From positions 26,226,001 through 26,290,000 of the forward strand of contig OX597821.1 of assembly GCA_951406725.2 (NCBI GenBank): a stretch of DNA of 64,000 bases, in the 5' to 3' direction. Source of the stretch: Octopus vulgaris (taxonomy: Eukaryota). Both the position numbers and the translations under genes were made by a program. Shown here piece by piece: positions 11,002 through 23,634 of this stretch. How positions within the stretch are numbered: the stretch's first letter is position 1; every line of letters begins with the position of its first letter. The notes below the pieces were generated by a model. That model had not been told where the DNA came from. It did no database searches and worked only from the letters and a program-made list of their open reading frames with translations.

Positions 11002-11308
11002 ATTATCGGTCGCATATACAAAGTGTATATGTTTTGTTTATACGCCAAATTTGTTGCGGGATAAAATCTAGGTGAGAAAGCTCCCCAAACGACACCGGGT
11101 GTTAAAGAACACCCGAATGTCACAGATCAGGCGAGTACATGGTATTGACAAGCCACAATAATGGCGAAATATCGGTATCCACCATACATACCATCTTCTG
11201 TGATTCCATGGCAAATTGTCTCGCTTAGTCTGGCATTCTCCGGACGCTATCCCACAGTAAAATCTGGCGTATAAACAAAACACACACTATGTACGTGCAA
11301 CCGATAAT
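11002..11308. mobile_element. MITE-like element with about 60-bp imperfect TIRs; partial duplicate of its interior at about 10735-10880
   Basis: attatcggtcgcatatacaaagtgt...gttttgtttatacgccaaattt vs aaatctggcgtataaacaaaacacactatgtacgtgcaaccgataat. Confidence 0.7.
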
Positions 11309-11373
11309 ATATCTATCTACCTATCTATCTATATATGTATTGTATTACAAAGTACGTAAGAGAGAGAGAGAGA

Positions 11374-11459
<86 letters not shown>

Positions 11460-11461
<2 letters not shown>

Positions 11462-12274
11462 TCAATATGTGAAGTGGATGCAGCTTCGAAACGTAAAAGA
11501 CATTCCATTTCTTCTTTCTCCATTTCCTGAGCGTCAACCAAGCACTTTTTTTTACCTTGTCTTTGTACAGTATTTTTGCACCATACATACACACTGTATA
11601 TATGGCGATTTTTTTTCCTCCGTCTTCCCTTCTTTGGATCTTTCCTCTTCCTATGTTTCCGACGAAGAGCTCCGCTCGAAACGTTATACCCTCCTTCTTT
11701 CCTTCTTTCCTGAGCGTCCAATAATACTATACTTGTTCCACGTCCGCGCGTTGTTGTGTTTACATGTTTGGATTAACTATATATATATAAATATGTATAA
11801 CCTCCCAACACCATCACACCACACACAACTACACCTTATACCACCATACCACACAACACATCACATCACAATACACCACTACGCACATATCAGCACTGAC
11901 CACTTCCCAGACCCACATTTTCCCACCTACACATACACACACGCACACGTCAAGATCACCAGCCGTCTTCCACACGCACATACAAACTCTCTTATACACA
12001 CGCACGCACGCGCAGCTTCGTTTTGGGATCACCACTACTTTATTATCAACCCTTCTTCCTAGCTCTCCTGTGTGACCCTTCTGTCCGGCATTCGCCATGA
12101 TAGATCGCTAGCCACTTTATTTTCTCTTTTAGATTCTTTCTGTGTTCCTTTTTGTGGAAAAGCGTAGGCTCGAAACGTTTAAGGCTTTTTCACTTTCCGA
12201 GCGTTATACTAATACATCTGTTTGTTGTCTACACCACATGTCTTCGTCTTTTGTTTTTTTTTTTGTAAATTCTC

Positions 12275-12280
<6 letters not shown>
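11460..12280 (+). mobile_element. Cluster of Penelope-like pseudo-LTR remnants with degenerate minimal hammerheads
   Basis: ccgacga-agagc-tcc-gctc-GAAACGTT (11659-11685); gcgtaggctcGAAACGT (about 12162-12178); cttcGAAACGTA (about 11484); 12150-12280 recurs inverted at 38302-38420. Confidence 0.6.
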
Positions 12281-12351
<71 letters not shown>

Positions 12352-12368
12352 TAGATAGATAGATAGAC

Positions 12369-12423
<55 letters not shown>

Positions 12424-12425
12424 GA

Positions 12426-12560
12426 AGTAGATGGACAGCCGACAACTGATGAAGGGTCATTCTTTATGGTGTCATGTTTTCCATTTGTTTCTCTCGTTTA
12501 TGTATTTAACTGTTTTGTTTTCGTATTCCATGTTGTTTACGGTTTGTGACATCCTGTATT
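12426..12560 (+). mobile_element. Truncated copy of the 46950-47360 element (only the CUGAUGA strand retained)
   Basis: agtagat...cgacaaCTGATGAagggtcattctttat...catg...ttttccatttgtttc matches the reverse complement of about 46955-47103. Confidence 0.75.
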
Positions 12561-12645
12561 CATATATGCATATATATATATATATGTATGTATGTATGTA
12601 TGTGTGTACATATACATATACATATATATATATCCATCCATCCAT

Positions 12646-12685
<40 letters not shown>

Positions 12686-12739
12686 CATTTATATTATTAT
12701 ATACATACACTGTGTGTATGAGTGAAAATTGAAAGTTAA

Positions 12740-12922
12740 AAGCGCCATTTTCAGAAACTAGGATTTTGACGTCATCAGTTTCTATTTGTTTATTCTTTTT
12801 TGTGTTCGTTCTTTGTGTGTTTGTGTGTTGTTTTGTTTTGTTTGTTAGTTATACTTTTTTTTATATATAAATTCGTACGTCACCTTACTTCCTACATAAA
12901 CTGCACCGATCCGCTTCTACTT

Positions 12923-13001
<79 letters not shown>

Positions 13002-13310
13002 TTCTACTTTACTTCTACTTCTTACTTCTTACATATGTGCGTGCATACAGATGCATGTATGTATGTTGACGTTATAACAATTTAGGAACTTCGAGGACGG
13101 GAAATAATTCTCGAAGCAGATATTTAAAAATGGTTAGAAGGCCACACACAAACACACACACACACACACATGATTGATTGGCGGAGACGTTCAATTCAAA
13201 ATCATAAGTTTCCTTCCGGCTTTGATCTCGGTGTATGACAGATGCAGTACTATGTGGTCATTGGTCACCTCTCGTTATTTAACGGTTCAAAATTCACCCT
13301 GGCCAATCAT
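12740..13310. promoter_or_regulatory. Possible Pol II promoter motif cluster
   Basis: YY1-like CGCCATTTT (12743), CRE TGACGTCA (12767), CCAAT boxes (gattgg about 13176, ccaatc about 13303), ETS-like CTTCCGG (about 13213); no transcript evidence. Confidence 0.25.
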
Positions 13311-14059
13311 TTATATCACTTCATCATGATAGTTTCCTCTTACACCCCCCTCTCTCTCTCGTTCTCTGTTTGTGTCTAACATTTTTGTTGAGAGACTGAG
13401 GTCGTTCACCCTGCTTCCCATTTGTACATCAATATTCTTACCTCTGACTATTTCCACAGTTTTACTTTTGGAAGTTAATGATATTAGTATCACTCACACA
13501 CAGTGATAGTATCGTTGAAATCTAAAAATACGCCATTAAATGCGTTGCCCCAGCATGACCACAGTCCAGTAATAAAAGCCTACATATGTACAATATGGAC
13601 TCCTCATCAATGTATGTATGTATGAATGTATGTACGTAGTATCTATCTATCAATCTGTCTATAATATTATAATCTATAATACTATAATATCTATATATTA
13701 TTGTATCTATAATACAATAATATTAATAATATTCAATATATTATACAATAATATTCCTTCACAACAGTAATAATATAATTACACTATAACAATACTCTCT
13801 CTGTCTGCTCTCAGTATAAAAGACAGAACAATATTACATTAACATAACATAGTATAATCTAATGTAAACCTAGTATTACACAGTTATAACCCAACATTAT
13901 ACTCTCTAGTATACAACTCGAAGTCCTGTGTTAATAATATCTTATAAACCAGTATTACTATAGTATAATATAACGTGTTTTAACCAGTATAAATCACATA
14001 TAACTAATACAGAAATGAAACATAAATCCTGTATTATCGTATAATAACCCTCAGCTCTA

Positions 14060-15188
14060 TACTGAATCAAGCTACACTCACTCTTTGTTCTCGACTCACG
14101 CACACACACACCGTATCACCAATTTCCTTATTTTTTCCCTGTATTTTATGGTTTTCTTTTCGTTTTCTCATCTCCACCAACTTCCTAGTCACCTTTTGCT
14201 TTATCTTTTTTTTTTTAATATATTACAACCATCAGCATCATCACCATCATTAATAGCAGCACCTTCCTCACCGACTAACCTCCCCTTTCGCCTCGCTATT
14301 TCTCTTCCTCATCTCTCTCTAATTCCTCCTTTTATATTTACATTTCCCTCTCTATTTGGCCTTTTTTTAAATCGGGTTTTTACACCGCTCTTCTGTTGAT
14401 ATTACACCCTCCCGACGGTAACTCTATTATCCCTCCCTCCTACCCCCTCAATATTCACTCTAATCTTTCTCTCTTTCTCTTCTCTGCAACATATTTAACC
14501 TAATCGTTTTACGGAGGGAAGTGAGGTCGTTCTCCTATTCCTACTATCTTAATCTTCTTACCTCTGCCTATTCCTATTGCTTTACTCTCTTCTCTCGTTC
14601 TCTCTTTCTTTTTCACCCTCCCTTTCTCCCCACCCCACCCTTTTACCAATTGTCTACGCTCTTCTGTTATTCAAACACACCCGCACATAGTCGACTATTC
14701 GCTCTCAGTTTATGTTCCGGTATAATTTTTCTTCCGTTTCACTCTTCTTTCTTCTCTCTCTCTATCTTACCCTTTCTTCTTCACCCTCCACTTTAAACTC
14801 CCTCTACTGCTTGACTAATTTTCTCTCTTTTTAGTTATACTCTTTTCCTTACCTCCAGCTACTACTCTTTATCTGTTCATCTTCCTCCCTATTACAGTCA
14901 CTACATTCTTCTCTTGCCTCCGCCCTACACTTTTCTCTTAATCCCGTTCTTTCCCCTACCTTGTCCGCACTCGTTTATTAACATCCGGGCATTCACCATT
15001 TCATTCTCTCTAACCTACTTTCTTCTTTACATCATTCTTCATTTTTTCCTTCTTTTTTTTTTCTACTTCTTCAATACTTTATTCTTTCCAGAGAAAGCTG
15101 CACACACACACACGCACACACACACATACCATACGCACGCACACACGCCCAGACATACGTGTGTGCATATATATATATATATATACAT

Positions 15189-15239
<51 letters not shown>

Positions 15240-17274
15240 TAAATACGTATATACATATACACATAAATAAATATATATGTATATATATATACATATATAT
15301 ACATATATTTATATTTATATATACATGCACATGAACATATATATGCATATACATATGCAATATATAAACACGTACATATATGTATGCATATATATATGTG
15401 CGTATATATATATATATATATATATAAGCAAGGTATATACATTATATGTATTTATAAATATATGAATATATATGTGTGCGACTACAACGTAATAGAGAGG
15501 GGGAGGGAGGTTGTTATTTTTCAACCATGTGGATCGCCGTTCTATCTACCGAGCACTCCCCCGCCACAGAACAGCGTTTATCTCCCACCCACCTCTTTCA
15601 CCTCCCTCCTACACTAATCTTTGCTTAGTCCTTCTCTCTCGGCCTCTCCTCACCCCGCTACTTTTACTATCCTCTCACTCCGGCTCTTACAAGAATTTCA
15701 TCACTCCCGTTTAGTCTAAGCTCCATAACATTCAGAGCACACACACACACAAAATGTGTATATATATATATGTCTGTGTGCGTGTGTGTGTGTCTGTGCG
15801 CGCGCATATACGTTTACACCGATATATATATATATATATACAATATAGCTGTGTTGTATGTAACAGTATGTATGTATCTAAATGCATATCTTTATCTAGA
15901 TATATTTACATACACATGTATTCGTATATACCTATCAATATACACTAACAAACACACACGCGTACATATGCACATACACCCAAATACATACGTATATGTA
16001 TATATATATATATATATATATTTATGCGTTTATATATATATATATATGCGTGTGTGTTTATATATAGATATATATATATATATGTGTATGTTTGCGTCTC
16101 TTCCTCCGGTCTTACTGCTACTCACACTTTTTCGCTTTAATTCTGTATCCTCTCCTCCTCTCTATATTCTTCTACTCCCTCTTTCTCACTCCCCCTCTTT
16201 ACTAACCAGCTGGTTTATTTAACTCCACTCCCGCCTCTTCCTCTTTCATACGCTTTTGTCGAGCCATCCTTTCCCCTCTTCTCTCTCCCTCTCTTTCTCT
16301 TTCTTATTCTCTCACTCACCCCCTATTCATTCTCACTCGCTCTAAACCATCTCTCTCTCTCTCTCTCTCTCTTTTCTCTTTCCCTCCCACTACTACTACG
16401 GCTTCTACGTTTCATCATTCTCGCCCTCAACCACTCTAACTCCACTCAGCTATACACCCCCACTCCCCCCGTTTCCTCCGACTGCTTACTAATCGCTGTG
16501 CTAGATTTCACTCGCCCCGCCGTCGCTCCATCTACAACACCTATTCCTCCACCCTTACCTTCCTTCTTCCTCCTCCTTCGGCTTTCTCCTCCTCCACCTC
16601 CTCCTCCTATATCTCTTAACTTTGTATTCACCTAAAAAATAAAAAAATAACGAAAACAAAATACATTTTTCAGACTTCGCTTCTTTTTTTTGACATTTTT
16701 TCTTTTTATAATAACACCATCACCGTCTCTACCACCACCACCACCACCACCACCACCACGACAACCACCACGACAACCACTACTACTACAACTACTACTG
16801 CTGCCACAACAACACTACTGTAGCTACCACTACTACTGTTATTACCACCACCATTTCCACATCTACTACAACTACCACCATCACCACCACTACCGCCATT
16901 ACCCCCCCCCCACTTTCCCCCCACTTTTCCCTACCATCATACCACCACCACCACCGCAAGTAGAACCCATTCCCACCACCACCATCGTCCCCCTTCCACG
17001 ATACACTCTCAACCTCCAACGCCGCCATAACACTACTTCTTCCTTATTTCTCCTCCCACCAACCCATTCCCCACTCCTACCCTGATCATACCACAATGAC
17101 GACGACGACTACCAGAATTTTCACCACGACTGCTACCACTGCACTTGTGCTACTCCTACTCCTACTCCTACAGACTTTCCAGCTATTTGTTTACCAATTT
17201 TTGTATTTATTTCGCGCGCTATTTTGCTCTCCCATTCCTTATTCTTTTCCTTTGCTCTTTGCTCTCTCTTTCCT

Positions 17275-17313
<39 letters not shown>

Positions 17314-17424
17314 ACTTTTCTCTCATACACACACACAGACACACCCAAGCACACACACACCATACGCACATACTGTATACACACGGTTAAACGCATGCAT
17401 GTGTATATATGTATGTGTATGCAC

Positions 17425-17488
<64 letters not shown>

Positions 17489-17573
17489 GTCTATCTATCT
17501 ACTTATGGATATGAATAATAACTATATGCTGGCATATATATATATATATTGGGTGTATATATATATACGTGTA

Positions 17574-17606
<33 letters not shown>

Positions 17607-17801
17607 TATATATACATACATACACACACACACACACATATACACACACGCATAAATGCATTTCATTCGAGTAGCGTATATATATTGAGAAATATAAAAT
17701 TTGTGTATGTGTGCGCGCGGATATATATATATACATACATATATATGTGTGTATATATATATATATATATACACACATACACATATGTATGTTTGTATGT
17801 T

Positions 17802-17848
<47 letters not shown>

Positions 17849-17860
17849 AATGTACACGCG
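14060..17860. repeat. Long low-complexity block: pyrimidine-rich tracts, (CCA)n, (TA)n, (CA)n, (TCTA)n
   Basis: Direct reading; G-poor plus strand. Confidence 0.85.
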
Positions 17861-18476
17861 CGCACACGTACACACGTACACCCATGGAAATGTATTGTCG
17901 TCACAAACTTCCCTGTGCGCTTGTTTTCACTCCGAAGACTGTTAGTTACTAACTTTTTCTTATACTTATTCTGTTATTCTTCCATTCCGTTATTCCACTC
18001 TTTCCTGTCATCGATCTGCAGTAATCTACCTGATGATAGCAGAAAGGAAGGTAGAGCGTTACGCTCTCTCGGTATCTAAGTTCTCTATACTTTACACCCG
18101 TTTCACTCACTCACCAATTTCTTCATCCAAATTATTTTATCAGTCACACACCAGGATACACATGTGCACGTGACAGCGCCTTTCAGTTACTCATTCGCAA
18201 AATGCCACACAAACATATATATATAATATAGCCATACACTCAAATGGATTTACGTACACACACACACACACAGCGTTGACTTAGGCGAACATGAACAAAT
18301 ACACACAAAAATACGAATTTATAGAGACACTCTCCGATGTTGCCTGAAAGATGGAGCGTAACGAGAAACTCTGAGTAGCGGATGAGTGAATCATCAACTA
18401 TGATCGAATGCGAGTGTGTGTATGTATGTATGTATGTATGTATGTATGTATGTATGTATGTATGTATGTATGTATA

Positions 18477-18880
18477 CTCTTTACTCTTTTACTCTTTTAC
18501 TTGTTTCAGTCATTTGACTGCGGCCATGCTGGAGCACCGCCTTTTAGTCGAGCAAATCGACCCCGGGACTTATTCTTTGTAAGCCCAGTACTTATTCTAT
18601 CGGCCTCTTTTGCCGAACCGCTAAGTTACGGGGACGTAAACACACCAGCATCGGTTGTCAAGCAATGCTAGGGGGACAAACACAGACACACAAACACACA
18701 CACACACACACACATACATATATATATATACATATATACGACAGGCTTCTTTCAGTTTCCGTCTACCAAATCCACTCACAAGGCATTGGTCGGCCCGGGG
18801 CTATAGCAGAAGACACGCAGTGGGACTGAACCCGGAACCATGTGGCTGGTTAGCAAGCTACTTACCACACAGCCACTCCT
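18477..18880 (-). mobile_element. SINE family B inside (TATG)n
   Basis: Homologous to 8755-9192. Confidence 0.9.
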
Positions 18881-18931
18881 GTATGTATGTATGTATGTAT
18901 GTATGTATGTATGTATGTATGTATGTATGTA

Positions 18932-18975
<44 letters not shown>

Positions 18976-19098
18976 TGTGTGTTAATAGCAAATATTGATA
19001 AAAGATGTTTAGCAAAGCATTAGAACGATTGTATGTTTAAACAGAAATAATGAGAAAATTTGCGGGGGAATGTTTTCACAATAAATACTAAAATAGGG

Positions 19099-19173
<75 letters not shown>

Positions 19174-19506
19174 AGAAACACAAACACACACACACACATA
19201 CACACGTCTTGTATTAACACTTTCATCGAAATTCCAACACAATACCTTCTGTCACCGTCACTAAACAATCGTACAATAACATTGATGTTTAGACTAGTTT
19301 TAGACCTCTCAAGTATTGACAATATATCTCCGACTTAATATCTCACCGACCGTCTCAGAAAACGAGAAGGACACATTTGATAGATAATGCATTTCGATGT
19401 TTTGGTAAAATGATAAGCTTGTCATGACCGGAATACCTTTGGTCAAAAGCATGGCTCAGTCAGGTTTACCATGACTGGGTTATATAGCATTAACAGTAGT
19501 AATAAC

Positions 19507-19912
19507 AGATCTTTTCGGTTCGAACGGCAGTTTTTCTAGCGGTGTCATATGAAATTGTCATCCATAATTATAACCCTAGAATCGATCTATTGCATTTCAA
19601 TCTATTTTAGGGTTACGGTTAGGGGGGAAGGGTATCTTTTTTTCTTCACAAATGTAAATAAACCCAATCTGTTTCTTAAACGAGGGACATATTCATACGG
19701 TATAAAATGTTGTTTTCCTCAATGGACGTCATTGATTGGTTGAAATTGCAGAAATTGAAGAAAAAAACAAGTATCTTACAAACTATAGAATTTTCTCAAT
19801 AAAGCCAAGAGAAAAATTGTTTTATAAACACATTCTACCAGTATACGAAGTTTAAAAATTTTTAGTTACCTAGAAATTATGTTAAAAACTGCCGTTCAAA
19901 CCGAAAAGATCC
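19507..19912. mobile_element. MITE family 1, copy 3
   Basis: Same TIRs (first G mutated to A); TSD gtaataac at 19499-19506 and 19913-19920. Confidence 0.92.
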
Positions 19913-19987
19913 GTAATAACAACAATAATAAGAACAATAATCACAATAAAAGCAGCAACCAAACAATTCCAAATTGTAATAAAATGT

Positions 19988-20085
19988 AGCGGAGGTAAAG
20001 AATACGCACACCACCTGTTTTCGGCATGACAAAAACCCTAACCCTAAACCCTAACCACAGGATGTGCGTATTCTTTACCTTCGCC
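19988..20085. mobile_element. MITE family 2: 98-bp hairpin element with telomeric repeats
   Basis: agcggaggtaaagaatacgcaca ... tgtgcgtattctttaccttcgcc; internal accctaaccctaaaccctaacc; TSD taaaatgt at 19980-19987 and 20086-20093. Confidence 0.85.
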
Positions 20086-20197
20086 TAAAATGTCTTTCTA
20101 GGTGAACACACACACACACACAAATACACGCACAAACATATATAAGTTTCTCTCCTCTTTATGACTCTTTCAGCACACACACATAGATAGACACACG

Positions 20198-20283
<86 letters not shown>

Positions 20284-20305
20284 CTCTCTCTCACACATAC
20301 ACACA

Positions 20306-20370
<65 letters not shown>

Positions 20371-20644
20371 TATCTCTCTCCCTCTTTCTCTCTTCCATAC
20401 ATATTATTTCAATCCTTATTCTGTTGTTAGTTTCAGTCAATGGACTGTGGCCATCTTGGGGCAGTGCTTTCGAGGGTTTTAGTTAAGTTCATGTACCCAT
20501 TTTATCGATCTTGTTTTACCCAACTTCTAAGTTACAAATTAGACATAAAGAGAGACAACTGATGGCTTGTAAGTCATTGTTGTAGTGAGGCACCTTCAAA
20601 TAATAGTGTATTAACCAACGGTTTTAAGAATAAAATTACCTATA

Positions 20645-21046
20645 GGCGTAGGAGTGGCTGTGTGGTAAGTAGCTTGCTTACGAACCACATGGTTCCGGGT
20701 TCAGTCCCACTGCATGACACTCACGACATGTTTTTTCTACTATAGCCTCGGGCCGACTAATGCCTTGTGAGTGGATTTGGTAGACAGAAAACTAAAAGAA
20801 GCCCGTCGTATATGTATATGTATATATGTATGTGTGTGTGTATGTGTTTGCGTGTCTGTGTTTGTCCCCTCAACATCGCTTGACAACCGATGCTTATGTG
20901 TTTACATCCCCGTGACTTAGCGGTTCGGCAAAAAAGACCTATAGAATAAGTACTAGGCTTACAAGTAATAAGCCCTGGGGTCGATTTGCTCGACTAAAGG
21001 CGGTGGTCCAGCATGGCCACAGTCAAATGACCGAAACAAGTAAAAG
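20645..21046 (+). mobile_element. SINE family B, full length (5' part of another copy at about 21057-21220)
   Basis: ggcgtaggagtggctgtgtggtaag (A box) ... gggttcagtccc (B box) ... tail gaaacaagtaaaag. Confidence 0.9.
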
Positions 21047-21220
21047 TGTATACACAGGCACAGGGGTGGGTGTGTAGTAAGAAGCTTGTTTCCCAACCAC
21101 ATGTTTCCAGGTTCAGTCCCACTGCGTTACACACTCGGCATGTTTCTTCTACCATAGCCTCGGGTCGACCAAATCCCTGTGAATTTGGTGAATATTTGGT
21201 AGACGGAAGCCCGTTGTGAA

Positions 21221-21257
<37 letters not shown>

Positions 21258-21261
21258 GTAA

Positions 21262-21555
21262 ATGTAAAAAAATACAAACTGGGACAAGAACGTGAAACAT
21301 TTAGAAGACGATACAAAAAACACGGACGGGACATTCGAAGCCTTCAATCTTCAGTCAAGAACCGGATCATCTTCGCAATTTCGGCTGATTAATCTTGAGA
21401 TTGCTCCGATCTGGCCAGCCCCAAAGGAAAATCTAAACCAAGCGCATTAGATTCCTTGGAAGAAAGCCTCGAATGTATACAAAACAAGGACGGAAAACCG
21501 GACGATGTTTCACGAATAAAAATACAAAAATACGTAAAAACAATAATGATAACAT
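21262..21555 (-). mobile_element. About 290-bp non-coding element in (TA)n with permuted hammerhead; second copy at 38499-38820
   Basis: Near-identical to the 38.5 kb copy; (TA)n on both sides. Confidence 0.85.
21339..21404 (-). ncRNA. Putative non-circularly permuted hammerhead ribozyme
   Basis: Minus: gcaa-TC-tcaaga-ttaatcagcc-GAAA-ttgc-...-tcttga-CTGAAGA-ttgaaggct; stems I and III perfect, stem II ambiguous. Confidence 0.6.
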
Positions 21556-21599
21556 ATATATATATATACACACACACACATATGTATGTGTACGTGTGT

Positions 21600-21631
<32 letters not shown>

Positions 21632-21639
21632 AGTCACAG

Positions 21640-22000
21640 TGAGGATATTTAAATCTCTTATAGGGATATTTTCTATTCAAGATACACTGGTTTAATATAT
21701 TATATTTTGAAGAAATATTTCTTCAATAAACATATTATATAGATATCGTACAATATCAAATATTGTTATCGAGTTAGAAAAACAGAGAGAATGGATAAAA
21801 ATTAAGTTATTAATTAATTAACATATTCACCTACAATTGTTTCATTTCATAACCAAAATTAAAACTACAAAACATATAAATATATAATTTTGCATTTTAA
21901 AATACTTTGGATCGAAAATCGACAGGCTGTATAAAGGACGATACAAGGATCACATTACGATCCGTTGTTCAGAATATATAGTACTGTCTATTATGTGTGC
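21640..22000 (-). mobile_element. AT-rich Penelope-like pseudo-LTR remnant with degenerate hammerhead
   Basis: Minus: agcCTGTCGAtttt...atGAAAC-aatt-GTAggtg (palindromic ACAATTGT). Confidence 0.4.
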
Positions 22001-22412
22001 GTATATGTGTGTGTACGCGTGCGTTAATATTATTACACACACGTAAGACTGACCGAGGTGGAAGTTCATATAATGATGGTACAATAACACTTCCTGTTTT
22101 AGATACTTCGAAAAGAGAAGTGTGACTTAATTCTCTGACAATTGGTGATTGAGAGAAAAAAGTTTCAATTACGACATCAACTTGAAGATTATTCAAGAAT
22201 AGAGGTAAAGGATATGATCTTTGAAGAGCTGTTTTTGAAGAACAGTCCACAGGTCCTATTAAGAATCTATGAACTGTTCCTCAAAAATACTAGGTCCTTA
22301 TATATGCCTACTTTTAACCAATATTTAATCATAGTATGCATATATGTATGTCTGGATATGTGTGTATGTCTCTGAGTCTGTATGGATGTGTGTATAAATA
22401 TATATGCATATA

Positions 22413-22640
22413 TAGGCGGCGAGCTGGCAGAATAGTTAACACGCCGGGCGAAATGCTTAGCGGTATTTCGTCTGCCGTTACGTTCTGAGTTCAAATTCTG
22501 CCGAGGTCGACTTTGCCTTTCATTCTTTCGTCGATAAATTAAGTACCAGTAACGCACTGGGGTCGATGTAATCGACTTAATCCGTTTGTCTGTCCTTGTT
22601 TGTCCCCTCTGTGTTAAGCCCCTTGTGAGTAGTAAAGGAA
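22413..22640 (+). mobile_element. SINE family A, full length
   Basis: aggcggcgagctggcagaatagttaac...gagttcaaattc...ccccttgtgagtagtaaagg. Confidence 0.9.
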
Positions 22641-22830
22641 TATATATATATATATATATATATATGCATTTCTATGTATGTACATGTACATAATAACATA
22701 TAAGTATTTTCATGTTTACATATATGTATGTAAAACATGTATGTAATACATGTATGTATGTACGTGTGCTTGCATGTATGTATGCACGTATGCATGTATG
22801 CATGCTTGCTTACATGTATGTCTGCATGAA

Positions 22831-22865
<35 letters not shown>

Positions 22866-23319
22866 TGTAGGTGTTCGGGTATGCATGTACATTCTCTAAA
22901 ACCCTGAATGATCACTTTATTCTATAAATTTTCTTTTACCTTCTTCCTAATCTCATTTAGCTTACCTCCCAAGTTTTCCATTTTTTGTTGGGGGTGGGGT
23001 GAGGGATGAGGTGTAAAGTTGGGGGTGAGCTAAAAAATTTCTTTATCCTTTTAGGTTTAATTCTGAATGTGAAGATAAAAAGTAAAAAAAACCCATTTTA
23101 CCCATTTTAATACTTCAAAATGTTATGCCCTTATGAACTCCCATAATACTGAAATGGAAACGGATAATTTTTAAGAATGATTTCTTTTTTTTGTTCTTTT
23201 ACAAAAAGTTATGATTCTAGGTTTTATGTTTTGTAAAAGACGTGAATCTGTAGAGCGTCTTATGAAGACATGAGTTTTCAAGTAACCATGTGTAACTATT
23301 ACCTTGGATTTATATGTAT

Positions 23320-23360
<41 letters not shown>

Positions 23361-23440
23361 AATATATGCAAATTACTTGGGCCATAAATGTATTATACTC
23401 TTTCTGTATATGTCTCTATCCTTCGGCTACTAAAGACAAG

Positions 23441-23506
23441 GTAAGACAATTGTCGTGCTGATGACGCCTACTGAGGCTGAAACACGCGTCCCGATTGGCG
23501 TCTTAT
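23441..23506 (+). ncRNA. Type I hammerhead ribozyme motif with extended stem I
   Basis: gtaagac-aattg-tcgtg-CTGATGA-c-gcct-actg-aggc-t-GAAAC-acgc-GTC-ccga-ttggc-gtcttat. Confidence 0.7.
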
Positions 23507-23634
23507 CTTCAGACAATAAGCGTGTCCCTTTTTCCTATTGGCATACCGACTTTTGAGAATTCTTTTTCTTTAGATTATCTCCCCTTCTCATGAGGAGCTG
23601 TCTCAATTGCAAATTAGTGATAATATTACATTCT

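Noticed and set aside
18024-18056. tctac-CTGATGA-tagca-GAAA...gtaga hammerhead-like string
   Set aside because: No stem II, stem III or UH cleavage site.
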